A stretch of DNA of 64,000 nucleotides from Desulfatiglandales bacterium. GTDB lineage: Bacteria > Desulfobacterota > DSM-4660 > Desulfatiglandales > HGW-15. Position numbers and translations under genes: made by a program. Under the pieces are notes generated by a model, which did no database searches, was not told where the DNA came from, and worked only from the letters and a program-made list of their open reading frames with translations. Below are positions 19,938 to 29,090 of the stretch, in pieces; positions within the stretch are counted from its first letter, which is position 1, and the number at the start of each line of letters is the position of its first letter. Where the stretch lies: positions 544,001 through 608,000 of the forward strand of contig CAXXJJ010000004.1 in NCBI GenBank assembly GCA_963667015.2, in the 5' to 3' direction.

Positions 19938-19966
19938 GGATTCCACGGTCGCAGCCGTGGAATGAC
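19938..19966. repeat. REP-like hairpin ggattccacgg-tcgcag-ccgtggaatgac
   Basis: Inverted repeat attccacgg/ccgtggaat ending in gaatgac. Confidence 0.6.
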
Positions 19967-20164
19967 GACAAAAAAACTTTGCCTGGAAAAACATAAGACA
20001 ATGCGCCTTGGCGCTATTTTGCAGAATTTAATTAAACCTGAAACGATTTAATGGTTAAGCCCGGTGAAATCCGCTTTGCTGTCATTATTATGAATTTCAC
20101 TGGCTAAAGATTTAAGACTTTTTTGTAATAAATTCAACATTTATTACTGGCCTGATAGACTGAA

Positions 20165-20542
20165 GGCTGTTAGTGAAAACAGCCGGCTTCAATGTTTTAC
20201 GCCGTGCCATGGAAAAACAGAGATCAGAAATCTGAGGGCAGTAGTCAGTGCCGCTTGCCGAAAAGCCGGCAAGATTGATCAAGTAGGAAACTGTTAAAAG
20301 CAAATAATTGGACACGGATTAACACGGATTTTTAGGATTTTTTAAAAAACAAAAGATCAGTGTTCATCTGTGTAGATCTGTGTCCCTTAATTCTAAATGA
20401 AGTTTCATACGAGGTACCACTGCATTACACTACTATTTGGCGGAAGGATTTTTTGGGATAACGTACTATTATGATTTATTTATTTTGATTTTATTTTTCT
20501 ATTTGGCCATTTCGGCAGCATTGCCGGATCAGCCAAATAGGG
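20165..20542 (+). repeat. Element E, copy 2 (preceded by a B palindrome at 20057-20110)
   Basis: Direct repeat of 14243-14620. Confidence 0.93.
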
Positions 20543-20632
20543 AACAATATGCACAATATCTATTTCTCTTAATAAAATGAATATCACGCCTAAGCGAATA
20601 ACTGCCCAACGTTTCTGTATTATCCATTCAGT

Positions 20633-20938
20633 TTATAAAATATCTCCTTTGAACTTCCCATCACTGTCACCATCTTCAGCATCAACAGCCCTGACCATCC
20701 CCTGGAGTTCATCAGGAGAGATCAATCCTTTTGCTGTCATCAGTCGAATTACCGATGCAAGATACAGTTTCAGTTCAGCGGTTTCGGTAATAAGCATATC
20801 GATCTGCCGGTCCTGTGACATGTCCTTGCTAAAAGATCCTGCAATTTCCCTTTTCAGCCTGGCTATGTCGCGCTCGGTATCTTCTATATCGAGCCTGTTT
20901 CCTATATCACCCAGCAGTAATGTTCTTCCCCATCCCAT
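20633..20938 (-). CDS. Small conserved hypothetical protein
   Basis: ATG with AGGAG RBS; coiled-coil-like sequence; LLLGDIGNRLDI motif. Confidence 0.7.
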   Translation of the reverse strand: MGWGRTLLLGDIGNRLDIEDTERDIARLKREIAGSFSKDMSQDRQIDMLITETAELKLYLASVIRLMTAKGLISPDELQGMVRAVDAEDGDSDGKFKGDIL

Positions 20939-20999
20939 ATTAAACTCCTTTCAAGAGATGTTATTGTTAACGAAATTTCAGGTTGGAATAAAAACAGCG

Positions 21000-21048
21000 G
21001 TGTCAGGTCATTACTCTTTACAGACTGTGAAATGTGAAGACCTGACAC
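21000..21048. repeat. Hairpin C (gtgtcaggtc...gacctgacac)
   Basis: 10 bp perfect outer stem, 18 bp from the GH43 stop. Confidence 0.85.
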
Positions 21049-21065
21049 ATATGTGGTTCCTGCTA

Positions 21066-22223
21066 TTATGGATGATATCTCGCTCCAAGTATCACCTTAT
21101 CGCCGGAGTCATCAATTTCATAAAGCTGTGGTTTACGTGGACCTCTTTCTTCAGCATGATGGATAATAAAAAGCCTTTTCCCTTCAAAAGTAGTAAAAAA
21201 CATACCATGCCCGGAGTTATCACCTTTGAAAGCCTCTTCTTCCTGTACCCAGGGACCTTTAACACTGCCGGAAGTGGAATAAGCGATACCCTGTGCATAG
21301 CGGTGTTCACCCCAGCTTGACCAAAGCATACCGAGCCTGCCGGTTTTTGTTCTGAACAGTTGCGGTCCGTCGGTAACCCAGCCCGGCATTTTCATACCAA
21401 AAGTGGCTTCACCTATACTATTCATCTCCTTTGACCAGGCGGCTTCACTGGCACGAAAAATTGTAGTTGGATAGGCTGTACGGTGCGTCAGGTCCTTTGA
21501 CAGAGGCATATAATCCATAGTCCCGTCAATTAACTGGGTCCATTCATGTACAAAAATCATATATACCGTGCCGTTTTCCTCATAAAGCGTACCATCGATG
21601 ATATCCCAATCTCTTGGTCCGAGACAAAAATCATATTCTTTGACCAGAGGTGTATAAGGTCCTTCGGGTGAATCGGCTACCAGAAGCTGGGTCTGGTTAA
21701 GTGGTACATTATAACGGCGTGGAACAGCTTCGATCAATGTTGTGTCATCGCTCCAGGTCCCGGCCAGGTAATATTTATCTCCGAATTTGTGGATTTCAGC
21801 AGCAGCAACCCAGAGACCATCCATCCAGGTGCCGGTGAGGTCGATAATCCTGTAAGGTCCGGTCCACATTTTAAGGTCTTTACTTTTATATAATTGCCCC
21901 CCCGTGCCGGTCAGATAATATGTCCTGGTTTTTTCATCAGGAAAAATAAAGGGATCACTCATGGACATCTCATCCAGGGAAATGGTCTTTATCTCCGGTT
22001 CGGGACGCGCCGGCATCGGACTTCGTTTGGCTTTTGCGGTACCTACATTTCGCATGGGCCCGAAAGTATTCTGTCCGGGATTGGCAAGAGGCGCCTGTTC
22101 CCCCGGGACAAGTTCTTTTTTTTCATTTTTCTGATCGATTTCTTTTTCCTTAGCTGTTGAAATCTGGATTAAACTAAATACAAACAGCAGCGCGATAAGA
22201 CAGGACAGTTTCTTCATGTGCAT
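21066..22223 (-). CDS. Secreted glycoside hydrolase family 43
   Basis: Signal peptide; SDPFI, WVAAAEI, SPEGPY, IIDGTL, TDGP, NSGHGM. Confidence 0.85.
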   Translation of the reverse strand: MHMKKLSCLIALLFVFSLIQISTAKEKEIDQKNEKKELVPGEQAPLANPGQNTFGPMRNVGTAKAKRSPMPARPEPEIKTISLDEMSMSDPFIFPDEKTRTYYLTGTGGQLYKSKDLKMWTGPYRIIDLTGTWMDGLWVAAAEIHKFGDKYYLAGTWSDDTTLIEAVPRRYNVPLNQTQLLVADSPEGPYTPLVKEYDFCLGPRDWDIIDGTLYEENGTVYMIFVHEWTQLIDGTMDYMPLSKDLTHRTAYPTTIFRASEAAWSKEMNSIGEATFGMKMPGWVTDGPQLFRTKTGRLGMLWSSWGEHRYAQGIAYSTSGSVKGPWVQEEEAFKGDNSGHGMFFTTFEGKRLFIIHHAEERGPRKPQLYEIDDSGDKVILGARYHP

Positions 22224-22317
22224 ACTCCCTTTAACAATAATTTATTTTGTACTTTTTAAATTCCATTAATCCAAATGACTATAGTACAAGAATTAATGAC
22301 CTATGCCTAAAACTAAC

Positions 22318-22460
22318 TAGTGTCCATCCATAAACGGCCCTTTTTGAATGGACGCGGTCAGCTTTCAGCTTTCAGCAAAATGCCTTTAAAACGGGGGGTC
22401 AGCTGATCGCTGAATGCTGACAGCTCCATCCGGATTTTTGTTCTTTCTGGATGGGCACTA
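22318..22460. mobile_element. MITE-like element with an internal heptamer hairpin
   Basis: Terminal IR tagtgtccatccataaa / tttctggatgggcacta (15/17 match); internal cagctttcagctttcagc...gctgatcgctgaatgctgacagct. Confidence 0.65.
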
Positions 22461-22498
22461 ACTGACAGTCAAACGGAAACCTGATGGCCCGTTTGTTA

Positions 22499-23350
22499 TT
22501 ATTTCGGTTGAGACCGGAGCATATTCGGCGGCATTACCGGACGACTGCAATTCGGCTCAGAGCAGACCGTCAGGGTATGAACAAATCGGATCTTCCCGTC
22601 TTCAATACGAAAAAGATGAGAGTCCGGGTGTCCGTCTTCACCGTCAAAAAGCAAAAATACTACTACCGAACCGATATCCTCATCCACTACATAGTGACGG
22701 TTTACAAGCAAGATATTGCCCTGTCCGGAAATCCCAACTTCACAGGTATCATCCGGAAGTCCCTTTCCCGTATATATCCCCCCCTCGAGACGTGCGCAGG
22801 GCCTGCCCCACGGCACCTTGATTGAAGGATCATTGAACATATCGAGGTAAGCATCAGCAGCGGCAACCAGGGCTTCCCGGTCGCTGCGCTTATACACAGG
22901 AATAACATCCCAATTCTCAGTACTGGACCATTTCAGGTAGTTATCCGCATTGAAAAGCCAATCTCCTTTGTCGGTAACAAGCGAAATGATCTCCCGGATC
23001 TTTCCACCGCTGATTTTCAGACGTGTACCGATAACGCAGGGGTGGGTTTTGTCGGTAACGATAACCTCTGTGAATGTTTCACCTGCAGCCACATCGAGCA
23101 GACTCCTGTGAAAATCTATATTCAGGGGTGTTTTCCATATCCCTTCACCCAATGGGGTATTTTCTGCGTTTTCAATATATTTTACCCCCGGGGCCAGAGC
23201 CATCCTGGATATTTCGCCGCTTCTTGCCGCTGCCAGATAACTGTCGACCGCGGCCTGAAGATCGGCTCGTGTATTTTCCCCAGCTGCTGTCTCATTCACG
23301 TATGTAAATATACTTATGCAAAAGAATAAAATAATTGTCGTTCGGATCAT
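22499..23350 (-). CDS. Secreted hypothetical protein (two NTF2/SnoaL-like halves, DUF8021-like)
   Basis: Signal peptide; VKYIEN...GEGIW; CARLEGG; SHLFRIEDGKIRFVH. Homologous to 23374 and 63620. Confidence 0.7.
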   Translation of the reverse strand: MIRTTIILFFCISIFTYVNETAAGENTRADLQAAVDSYLAAARSGEISRMALAPGVKYIENAENTPLGEGIWKTPLNIDFHRSLLDVAAGETFTEVIVTDKTHPCVIGTRLKISGGKIREIISLVTDKGDWLFNADNYLKWSSTENWDVIPVYKRSDREALVAAADAYLDMFNDPSIKVPWGRPCARLEGGIYTGKGLPDDTCEVGISGQGNILLVNRHYVVDEDIGSVVVFLLFDGEDGHPDSHLFRIEDGKIRFVHTLTVCSEPNCSRPVMPPNMLRSQPK

Positions 23351-23373
23351 ATATTCCCCTTATTCAGACTGAA

Positions 23374-24297
23374 CTACTGTTTTGGTTTGGGAAAGACCTT
23401 TTCTTCAGCTTCCCAGTTGGATTTAACGCCATAGGGTAACATCGCCCCCGGGGCCTCTATTTCATAGAGTTTACCATTCCTGATTTTGTAAATATGAAGC
23501 GCTGCCATGTTAAACTGGCCCCACTGGGTTTTGTTATCAGTTCCAGGTTCCGCATCGGCAGGCAGACGTTTGGTCCCGTCATGACGAAACATTGAAAAAC
23601 CGGCTGATATACCTTTTTGAACGTCTGCCACCACCATGTGCGGTCTGATTTCAGTGATATACGCAAATACACCTGCGCTGAGCTGTCCTTCACAATCCCT
23701 CGGCGTATTGCCGAATCCTCCAACCGGCATGGCGCCCCCGGCACCTTCCCGGGGTTTTGGCGGCGTGCCTCCTGCCGTTATCATACCGTTCTCGCTACGT
23801 TCACATTCCTTTGCAAAGGGTGCACGTGTTCCATCTTCCGAGGTGAGTGCATCATAGTAAGAGAGCCCTATTTTAAGTAAATCCTCCCTGCTCATCTGTT
23901 CCGCTTCAATGATCTTTCCCTCTTCAAGCTTGATACGTGCTCCAAGCAGGATATCTTTATCTTTTTCTTTCATGCCCACAATGCATACTGCTGACTGAAG
24001 CACAGGATCGGCAGCATAAATCTGAAACTCAGTAGGTCCTCCTGTTGCGTTTTCCCAGAGACCTTTTCCTACTTCAAGTAATTCAATAGCCTTATCAGAG
24101 TTTTCAGTAAACTTGACATTTTCGGCAAAGGGCAGATCCCCGGGATTATGATTTACCAGACCGGTGATATATTTTTGCATGAGATCGACCAGGCCTTGCC
24201 GGTCGAACTTTGGCGCAGATGCAGTACAGGCAGCCGTTCCCAACATGGCAAGTGAAACAACTAACAAAAAGGCAATTATCATTCTTTGTAATTTCAT
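23374..24297 (-). CDS. Secreted/lipoprotein hypothetical protein, same family as 22499
   Basis: VKFTEN...GKGLW; CERSENG; HIYKIRNGKLYEIEA. Confidence 0.7.
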   Translation of the reverse strand: MKLQRMIIAFLLVVSLAMLGTAACTASAPKFDRQGLVDLMQKYITGLVNHNPGDLPFAENVKFTENSDKAIELLEVGKGLWENATGGPTEFQIYAADPVLQSAVCIVGMKEKDKDILLGARIKLEEGKIIEAEQMSREDLLKIGLSYYDALTSEDGTRAPFAKECERSENGMITAGGTPPKPREGAGGAMPVGGFGNTPRDCEGQLSAGVFAYITEIRPHMVVADVQKGISAGFSMFRHDGTKRLPADAEPGTDNKTQWGQFNMAALHIYKIRNGKLYEIEAPGAMLPYGVKSNWEAEEKVFPKPKQ

Positions 24298-24443
24298 ACC
24301 ATCCCCCTTCTCTGAAAATCCATAGATTAGATTTATAAAAACATTTTTTTTGATGAGTCGTAAATTGTAGATCGAAAAGATATATTATATTTAATAAATA
24401 TTTTCAACGTACTTACCAGCCTGGACCGGGTCTTTTGTTATCT

Positions 24444-25280
24444 TTATATTTTCTCTAAATGCATACCGGCAGCTGCTATTGCAATCAGTTCTTTAATATT
24501 TCCTAATTGCGCAACTTTTTTTCCATGGTGCATATAATTTTCACCGACAAGAGTTCCTATAGGATATCCGCCCTTATCCTCCTTTGGCGGTGGAGGCATG
24601 TTCTTGAAAAACTCCTTTGAATCGGGCATTTCATCCATCAGGTTCTTTGCCCTTCCAATGGGCTGAAGGGGGAAATCGCCGAAGGTTATTCCCCAGGACC
24701 CATAGTATTCCTTCATCCCGGCCGGAAGAAATGAATCAGGGTCTTTTGATATTATTGTGACCACATGGACACGGTGTATTCCTTTTTTATCAGGAGGCAT
24801 TTTATCAATTACTTTCACAACATTGTCCAGGCTTTCTGCCCTCCCTTTTTTTCTGTCATAATTATCATGAAATTTATCCATACTTATGAATGTCATAAGC
24901 GGAGTCTCTGATTCATCAGCATACCGGTTGAGAAAATCATTACACCTGGCGTAATCAACAAAATAACTTCCGTTTGTATTATAGGTCGGGTTGATGTTCC
25001 CCCTGGCAACTGCCAGCAGAACATCAATAAATTTAAGCTCCCCTTCTTCCCACAGGGTTGGTTCACCGCCATTAATTACAAAGGAGAATCTCTCATTCTC
25101 AACGCTGCTGCAGTCATCGATCAGTCTCTGTATCTGGTCCCAGGTCATACGATAGCCGGGTTTAATATCATGGTCCTCGTCATCATTGACATATAAGTAC
25201 CCGCAATGAGGACAATTGAAGTTGCATTTATGCAGAAGGGTCATTCCCAGTGTTTTGGTGGGTGGAATCATGTTAACCAT
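24444..25280 (-). CDS. Radical SAM protein without SPASM domain
   Basis: CNFNCPHC, GGEP, TNGS, ISMDKFH. Likely start MVNMIP after an AGGAGG RBS, overlapping the MFS stop. Confidence 0.85.
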   Translation of the reverse strand: MVNMIPPTKTLGMTLLHKCNFNCPHCGYLYVNDDEDHDIKPGYRMTWDQIQRLIDDCSSVENERFSFVINGGEPTLWEEGELKFIDVLLAVARGNINPTYNTNGSYFVDYARCNDFLNRYADESETPLMTFISMDKFHDNYDRKKGRAESLDNVVKVIDKMPPDKKGIHRVHVVTIISKDPDSFLPAGMKEYYGSWGITFGDFPLQPIGRAKNLMDEMPDSKEFFKNMPPPPKEDKGGYPIGTLVGENYMHHGKKVAQLGNIKELIAIAAAGMHLEKI

Positions 25281-26583
25281 AAGATCCTCCTGCTTTGTCA
25301 GATTGTGCCTTAAGTGAAGGGTGGACCGGAGGATGTCTGGCAAAGATCAGAAAGACGAGACCAAGTATCAGCATCCCGATGGATAGTTGAAATGCCTGCG
25401 TATAACTTCCTGTTGCATCATGGATATACCCGGCTACAGGGGTAAGGAATGCCCCTATAAAGGTAGAAAAGGGCATTGTAAATCCCATCATTTTGGGAAA
25501 CTCTGTTCTTCCGAAGTAATCAGGAATCAGATTGCCCATGGCCAGGGCCTGTATACCGAATCCTATCCCCAGGACAATATTGTAAGAAATCGCAATGACC
25601 AGGGATTGGGGAAACAGCATGATTGAAAAACCTATGATTGTGACGATGATCGATACCATAGCAAGGGAATGCATTCTGAACTTGAGTGCCAGAAAACCCA
25701 CTGTTAACTGGCTGATACCCATTACAGGTCCCATAATACCGGCTGCCAGTGCAGCCTGAACACTGGGGATGCCTATATCTAAAAGGAATGCAAAATTATG
25801 GGTTATTATCAACTGCATTACAGAAAATTGAACTATAGCAAAGCCCACAAGAAGCCACATGGCTGGGGTTCGCAGAGCTTCCCTGGCGGTGAAATCCACT
25901 GGTGTTTTATACATTTTTGGTAGAGGTGAATTGTCTTCCTTCGTTTTTTGAGATGTTTTGGAAGAAGGCCCGTCCGGGACCTGGCCCAGATCTTCAGGCC
26001 TGTTTACAAGGAACAGAGCGGGTAAAATCACACATAACAGCAGGACCATCCCTGCAGTTATCAGGTAGGTGTCTCTCCACCCTATTATTTCGATGAGCTT
26101 TACTAATGATGGTTTGAGGACAATCGCTCCCAGACCCATTGAGGACATCGAAACGGCCATTGCCATGGGTCTTTTCATGACAAACCAGTTATTGGTGACT
26201 GTCATCATGGCCAGCATACCGCCTATACTGACACCTAAGCCGAGAACGACTCCATGGCTTATAAAGAGGTGCCAGAGTTGCTGCTGGTAGGAGAGCAGCA
26301 CAAGTGCCACTGCAGAAATGAGGTTGCCGATTACAATGGCTGTTCTGGGGCCTTTTTTCATGATGTATATGCCCACAATGGGGGCAGTCAGACCTGACAG
26401 GATCAGGCTGATGCTCTGGGCAAGAGACATATCTCCCCTGCTCCAGCCAAACTCCACGTCCCAGATAGGAATGCAGATCATAAACATAAACATCATCGGA
26501 TACAAAGCGATATTGAAAAAAAACATAACAGCCAGGTTGACCCATCCATAGAAACCATCAGAACTCTTAAATTTTGAGAGCAT
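25273..26583 (-). CDS. MFS transporter (OFA/monocarboxylate-like)
   Basis: About 12 TM helices; FYGW, GWSR, NNWF, PEDLGQVPDG, DYFGR. Confidence 0.9.
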   Translation of the reverse strand: MLSKFKSSDGFYGWVNLAVMFFFNIALYPMMFMFMICIPIWDVEFGWSRGDMSLAQSISLILSGLTAPIVGIYIMKKGPRTAIVIGNLISAVALVLLSYQQQLWHLFISHGVVLGLGVSIGGMLAMMTVTNNWFVMKRPMAMAVSMSSMGLGAIVLKPSLVKLIEIIGWRDTYLITAGMVLLLCVILPALFLVNRPEDLGQVPDGPSSKTSQKTKEDNSPLPKMYKTPVDFTAREALRTPAMWLLVGFAIVQFSVMQLIITHNFAFLLDIGIPSVQAALAAGIMGPVMGISQLTVGFLALKFRMHSLAMVSIIVTIIGFSIMLFPQSLVIAISYNIVLGIGFGIQALAMGNLIPDYFGRTEFPKMMGFTMPFSTFIGAFLTPVAGYIHDATGSYTQAFQLSIGMLILGLVFLIFARHPPVHPSLKAQSDKAGGSYG

Positions 26584-26621
26584 CCGCAAACCTCCTATGA
26601 TAATTGACAATGCTTTTTTTA

Positions 26622-26786
26622 CTATGGTTTTGTTGCGACTATTTTATTTGAGGCATGTTTGTGTTTTTCTACTCCTGGATGTTCATCATCAAACACATAT
26701 TCCATTGTTTTGGTAATCTCCCATTCTTTATACACTGTTGAGACTTTATCATCCGTGTATGTATTTTCCCAAAATGGTTGTTCCAT
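26622..26786 (-). pseudogene. Internally deleted SAM-methyltransferase (TehB-like) remnant
   Basis: Manual translation MEQPFWENTYTDDKVST|VYKEWEITKTMEYVFDDEHPGVEKHKHASNKIVATKP*; the termini resemble TehB-like proteins but the SAM-binding core is missing. Confidence 0.5.
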
Positions 26787-26883
26787 AAAATTCACTCTAA
26801 AAATAACAAGTTATTAACCGGTTTAGGACCGGTATAAAAAATTGTTACATATAAGAGGGATTTATAATCATCAGCATATACCT

Positions 26884-27099
26884 TTGATAGCGAAAACATG
26901 TGATCAACAAAGATCTTCAACTGGGCTGCATAGCTCCACCAGTAAAGCGGGGTGGCAAGAACAATCACATCATTCTCCGGGAGAAACGCAAAAAGGCGGC
27001 ACTAAAGGGGGACACATGACCGGCCAGCATTCGTCCAGCAATAAATGTCCCTCCCCAGAATATCATGGTCAGTATAAATTTGATGTATATCCCTGCCAC
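26884..27099 (-). pseudogene. Fused remnants: DMT/EamA N-terminus plus flavodoxin-like (FMN reductase) internal fragment
   Basis: IYIKFILTMIFWGGTFIAGRMLAGHVSPFSAAFLRF is directly followed, in another frame, by ENDVIVLATPLYWWSYAAQLKIFVDHM. Confidence 0.65.
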
Positions 27100-27126
27100 C
27101 TGTCATATGTCCTTTATCTTAAAAAA

Positions 27127-27936
27127 TCAGTTAGCCTTATAATATTTCATAGCCTCAGGGATTAGGGCTTGAATCTTGTTTATTCTCGTTTGATCCGAAG
27201 GATGGGTACTCATGAATTCTGGCGGAGACTGCCCCCCCTTCTTTGATGCCATCCGCTGCCAGAAACCGATCGCCTTGCCCGGATCATAACCGGCCATTGC
27301 CATGAAGATTAATCCGAGATGATCGGCCTCGTTTTCCTGAAGCCTGCTGTAGGGGAGAAGGAGTCCATATTGAGCACCTGCTCCAAAGGCGGTCATCCAT
27401 AACTGTTTTGTCTGTTCCGGCTTCTGTTCCAGCGCCATGGACAGGGCCATACCGCCCAGCTCTGTCAGCATCCCCTGACTCATTCGCTCATTTCCGTGCC
27501 CGGCAATGGCGTGGGCAATTTCATGCCCCATAACCACGGCCAATCCGGTTTCGTCCTGGGTAATGGGTAATATTCCGGTATATACCACAACCTTGCCTCC
27601 GGGCATACACCAGGCGTTCTCTTCTTCGCTGTCCACAAGATTAAATTCCCAGGCATAATTCCGGAGCGCAGAGGACATGTTCTTTTCTGTAAAATACTGC
27701 TCCACCGCCTTTTGAATTCTGGCTCCCACCCGCTTTACCATCTGCGTCTGCTGCTGGTTCCGGCTCAGTTTACTGGATTTTATGACTTCATCATACTGCT
27801 GGAGACTCATGGACAACATAGTGGCGCCGGGGATAATATTTAACTGTTTTCTCCCTGTCACCGGTACAGTTGCACAGTATTGTAAAATAACCGCTGCAAC
27901 AATGATAAAATACAGGCAATATTTTTTTTTGTTCAT
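27127..27936 (-). CDS. M48 family zinc metallopeptidase (lipoprotein)
   Basis: CATVPVTGRKQL, ENAWCMPGGK, HEIAH, YSRLQENEAD, STHP. Confidence 0.92.
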   Translation of the reverse strand: MNKKKYCLYFIIVAAVILQYCATVPVTGRKQLNIIPGATMLSMSLQQYDEVIKSSKLSRNQQQTQMVKRVGARIQKAVEQYFTEKNMSSALRNYAWEFNLVDSEEENAWCMPGGKVVVYTGILPITQDETGLAVVMGHEIAHAIAGHGNERMSQGMLTELGGMALSMALEQKPEQTKQLWMTAFGAGAQYGLLLPYSRLQENEADHLGLIFMAMAGYDPGKAIGFWQRMASKKGGQSPPEFMSTHPSDQTRINKIQALIPEAMKYYKAN

Positions 27937-28210
27937 GACAAGATCTCCTTTATGACTCAATTATAATCTGTAACAGACTACAATAATGGCAAATCAAAAA
28001 CAAGGGATTCCATGCATCACAGCGTCTCTTCCTGATTATGGTGTCAGGGTAAATATTCAGGATTTGAAAAGCAAGGGGAAATTCCAGGTTATCAGGCTGC
28101 AGGCTATAGGCTGTCAGGGCAAACGATAAGACGAAACCGGAAGGCAATGTGAAAGCTATGAAACGTAAATTCAAGATTTGGAATCGTTAGAACGGTTTTG
28201 GTTTATGAAA

Positions 28211-28237
28211 GTAGAGACGGGTTTTAAACCCGTCTCC
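28211..28237. terminator. GTAG-REP-like hairpin / probable terminator of the Mo-enzyme operon
   Basis: gagacgggtt-tta-aacccgtctc inverted repeat ~40 bp downstream of the small-subunit stop. Confidence 0.55.
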
Positions 28238-28275
28238 TGTAAAACATCCATTAGATTACTGCAATTAGGTAACCC

Positions 28276-29088
28276 TTAGACCAGGGGAATTTCGCCAAGG
28301 TTTACATCATCTTTTGTGGAAATGCTGTCAAAGTCTACCGACTTTCCATCCTTTTCCAGTTTAAGGGTAAAGGTTCGGTCGTCCTTGAGACCCCTGAACC
28401 AGAAATCTCCGAATTTATCGGTTTCCGTTGTAAAGGACTCTCCGCTCTCCATGTCCGTCAGGGTGCAGCTTGCACCAATAACCACTTCCTTTATCTCCGG
28501 ATCATAGAGGAGCCCTCCCACAAACTTTTTAGGCAGGTTCAGGTAATGCACACGTGTTTTTATCCCCAGTTCCGGGCGGAATTCGTCGGCCTTTTCAATC
28601 AGGTCCTTAAGATCCGATTCTTCGCCGAACCTGAGGGCATCGGTGGGACACTGATCAACACACCGTGGCACCTCCCAGCCGTCATCCAGCAGATGGGCAC
28701 AGCCGGTACACTTCTGGGCAATATTGAGTGTCTCATTAAAATAGATCGCACCATATGGACACCCGTCCACACAGAGTTTGCAGCCGGAGCATTTTTCAGG
28801 ATTGATGATAATAAGACCGTCATCCCGCCTGTAGATGGCATCCTCAATTTTACATTCATTCATACAGGGGGCATCCTCACAGTGCATACACATAGCGGGA
28901 CGATATGAAACCATTACCTTGGGCACTGTTCCCCTGACTTTTTCTTTGATGCCCAGCCAGAACTGTCCGGTATCCGGCTGTGGTTTGGCATATGGTGACC
29001 AGTCATTTCCCGCATGTTCGTCCTTGCAGGCGATCTGGCAGCAGTAGCATCCATTGCATACAGAAAGATCAATTACAAAAGCCTTCAT
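28276..29088 (-). CDS. Fe-S small subunit, transhydroxylase beta (BthL)/DmsB-like
   Basis: CNGCYCCQIAC, CMHC, CSGCKLC, CTGC...CP; C-terminal TDKFGDFWF beta-sandwich. Confidence 0.88.
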   Translation of the reverse strand: MKAFVIDLSVCNGCYCCQIACKDEHAGNDWSPYAKPQPDTGQFWLGIKEKVRGTVPKVMVSYRPAMCMHCEDAPCMNECKIEDAIYRRDDGLIIINPEKCSGCKLCVDGCPYGAIYFNETLNIAQKCTGCAHLLDDGWEVPRCVDQCPTDALRFGEESDLKDLIEKADEFRPELGIKTRVHYLNLPKKFVGGLLYDPEIKEVVIGASCTLTDMESGESFTTETDKFGDFWFRGLKDDRTFTLKLEKDGKSVDFDSISTKDDVNLGEIPLV

Positions 29089-29090
29089 TA

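Noticed and set aside
4426..24300. Canonical integron
   Set aside because: No intI in the window and no complete RYYYAAC...GTTRRRY attC could be built by eye; only isolated core-like words.
28117..28172. c-di-GMP-I riboswitch-like words (ggcaaac...gaaa...acgtaaa)
   Set aside because: Stems do not pair convincingly and it is antisense to the flanking genes.
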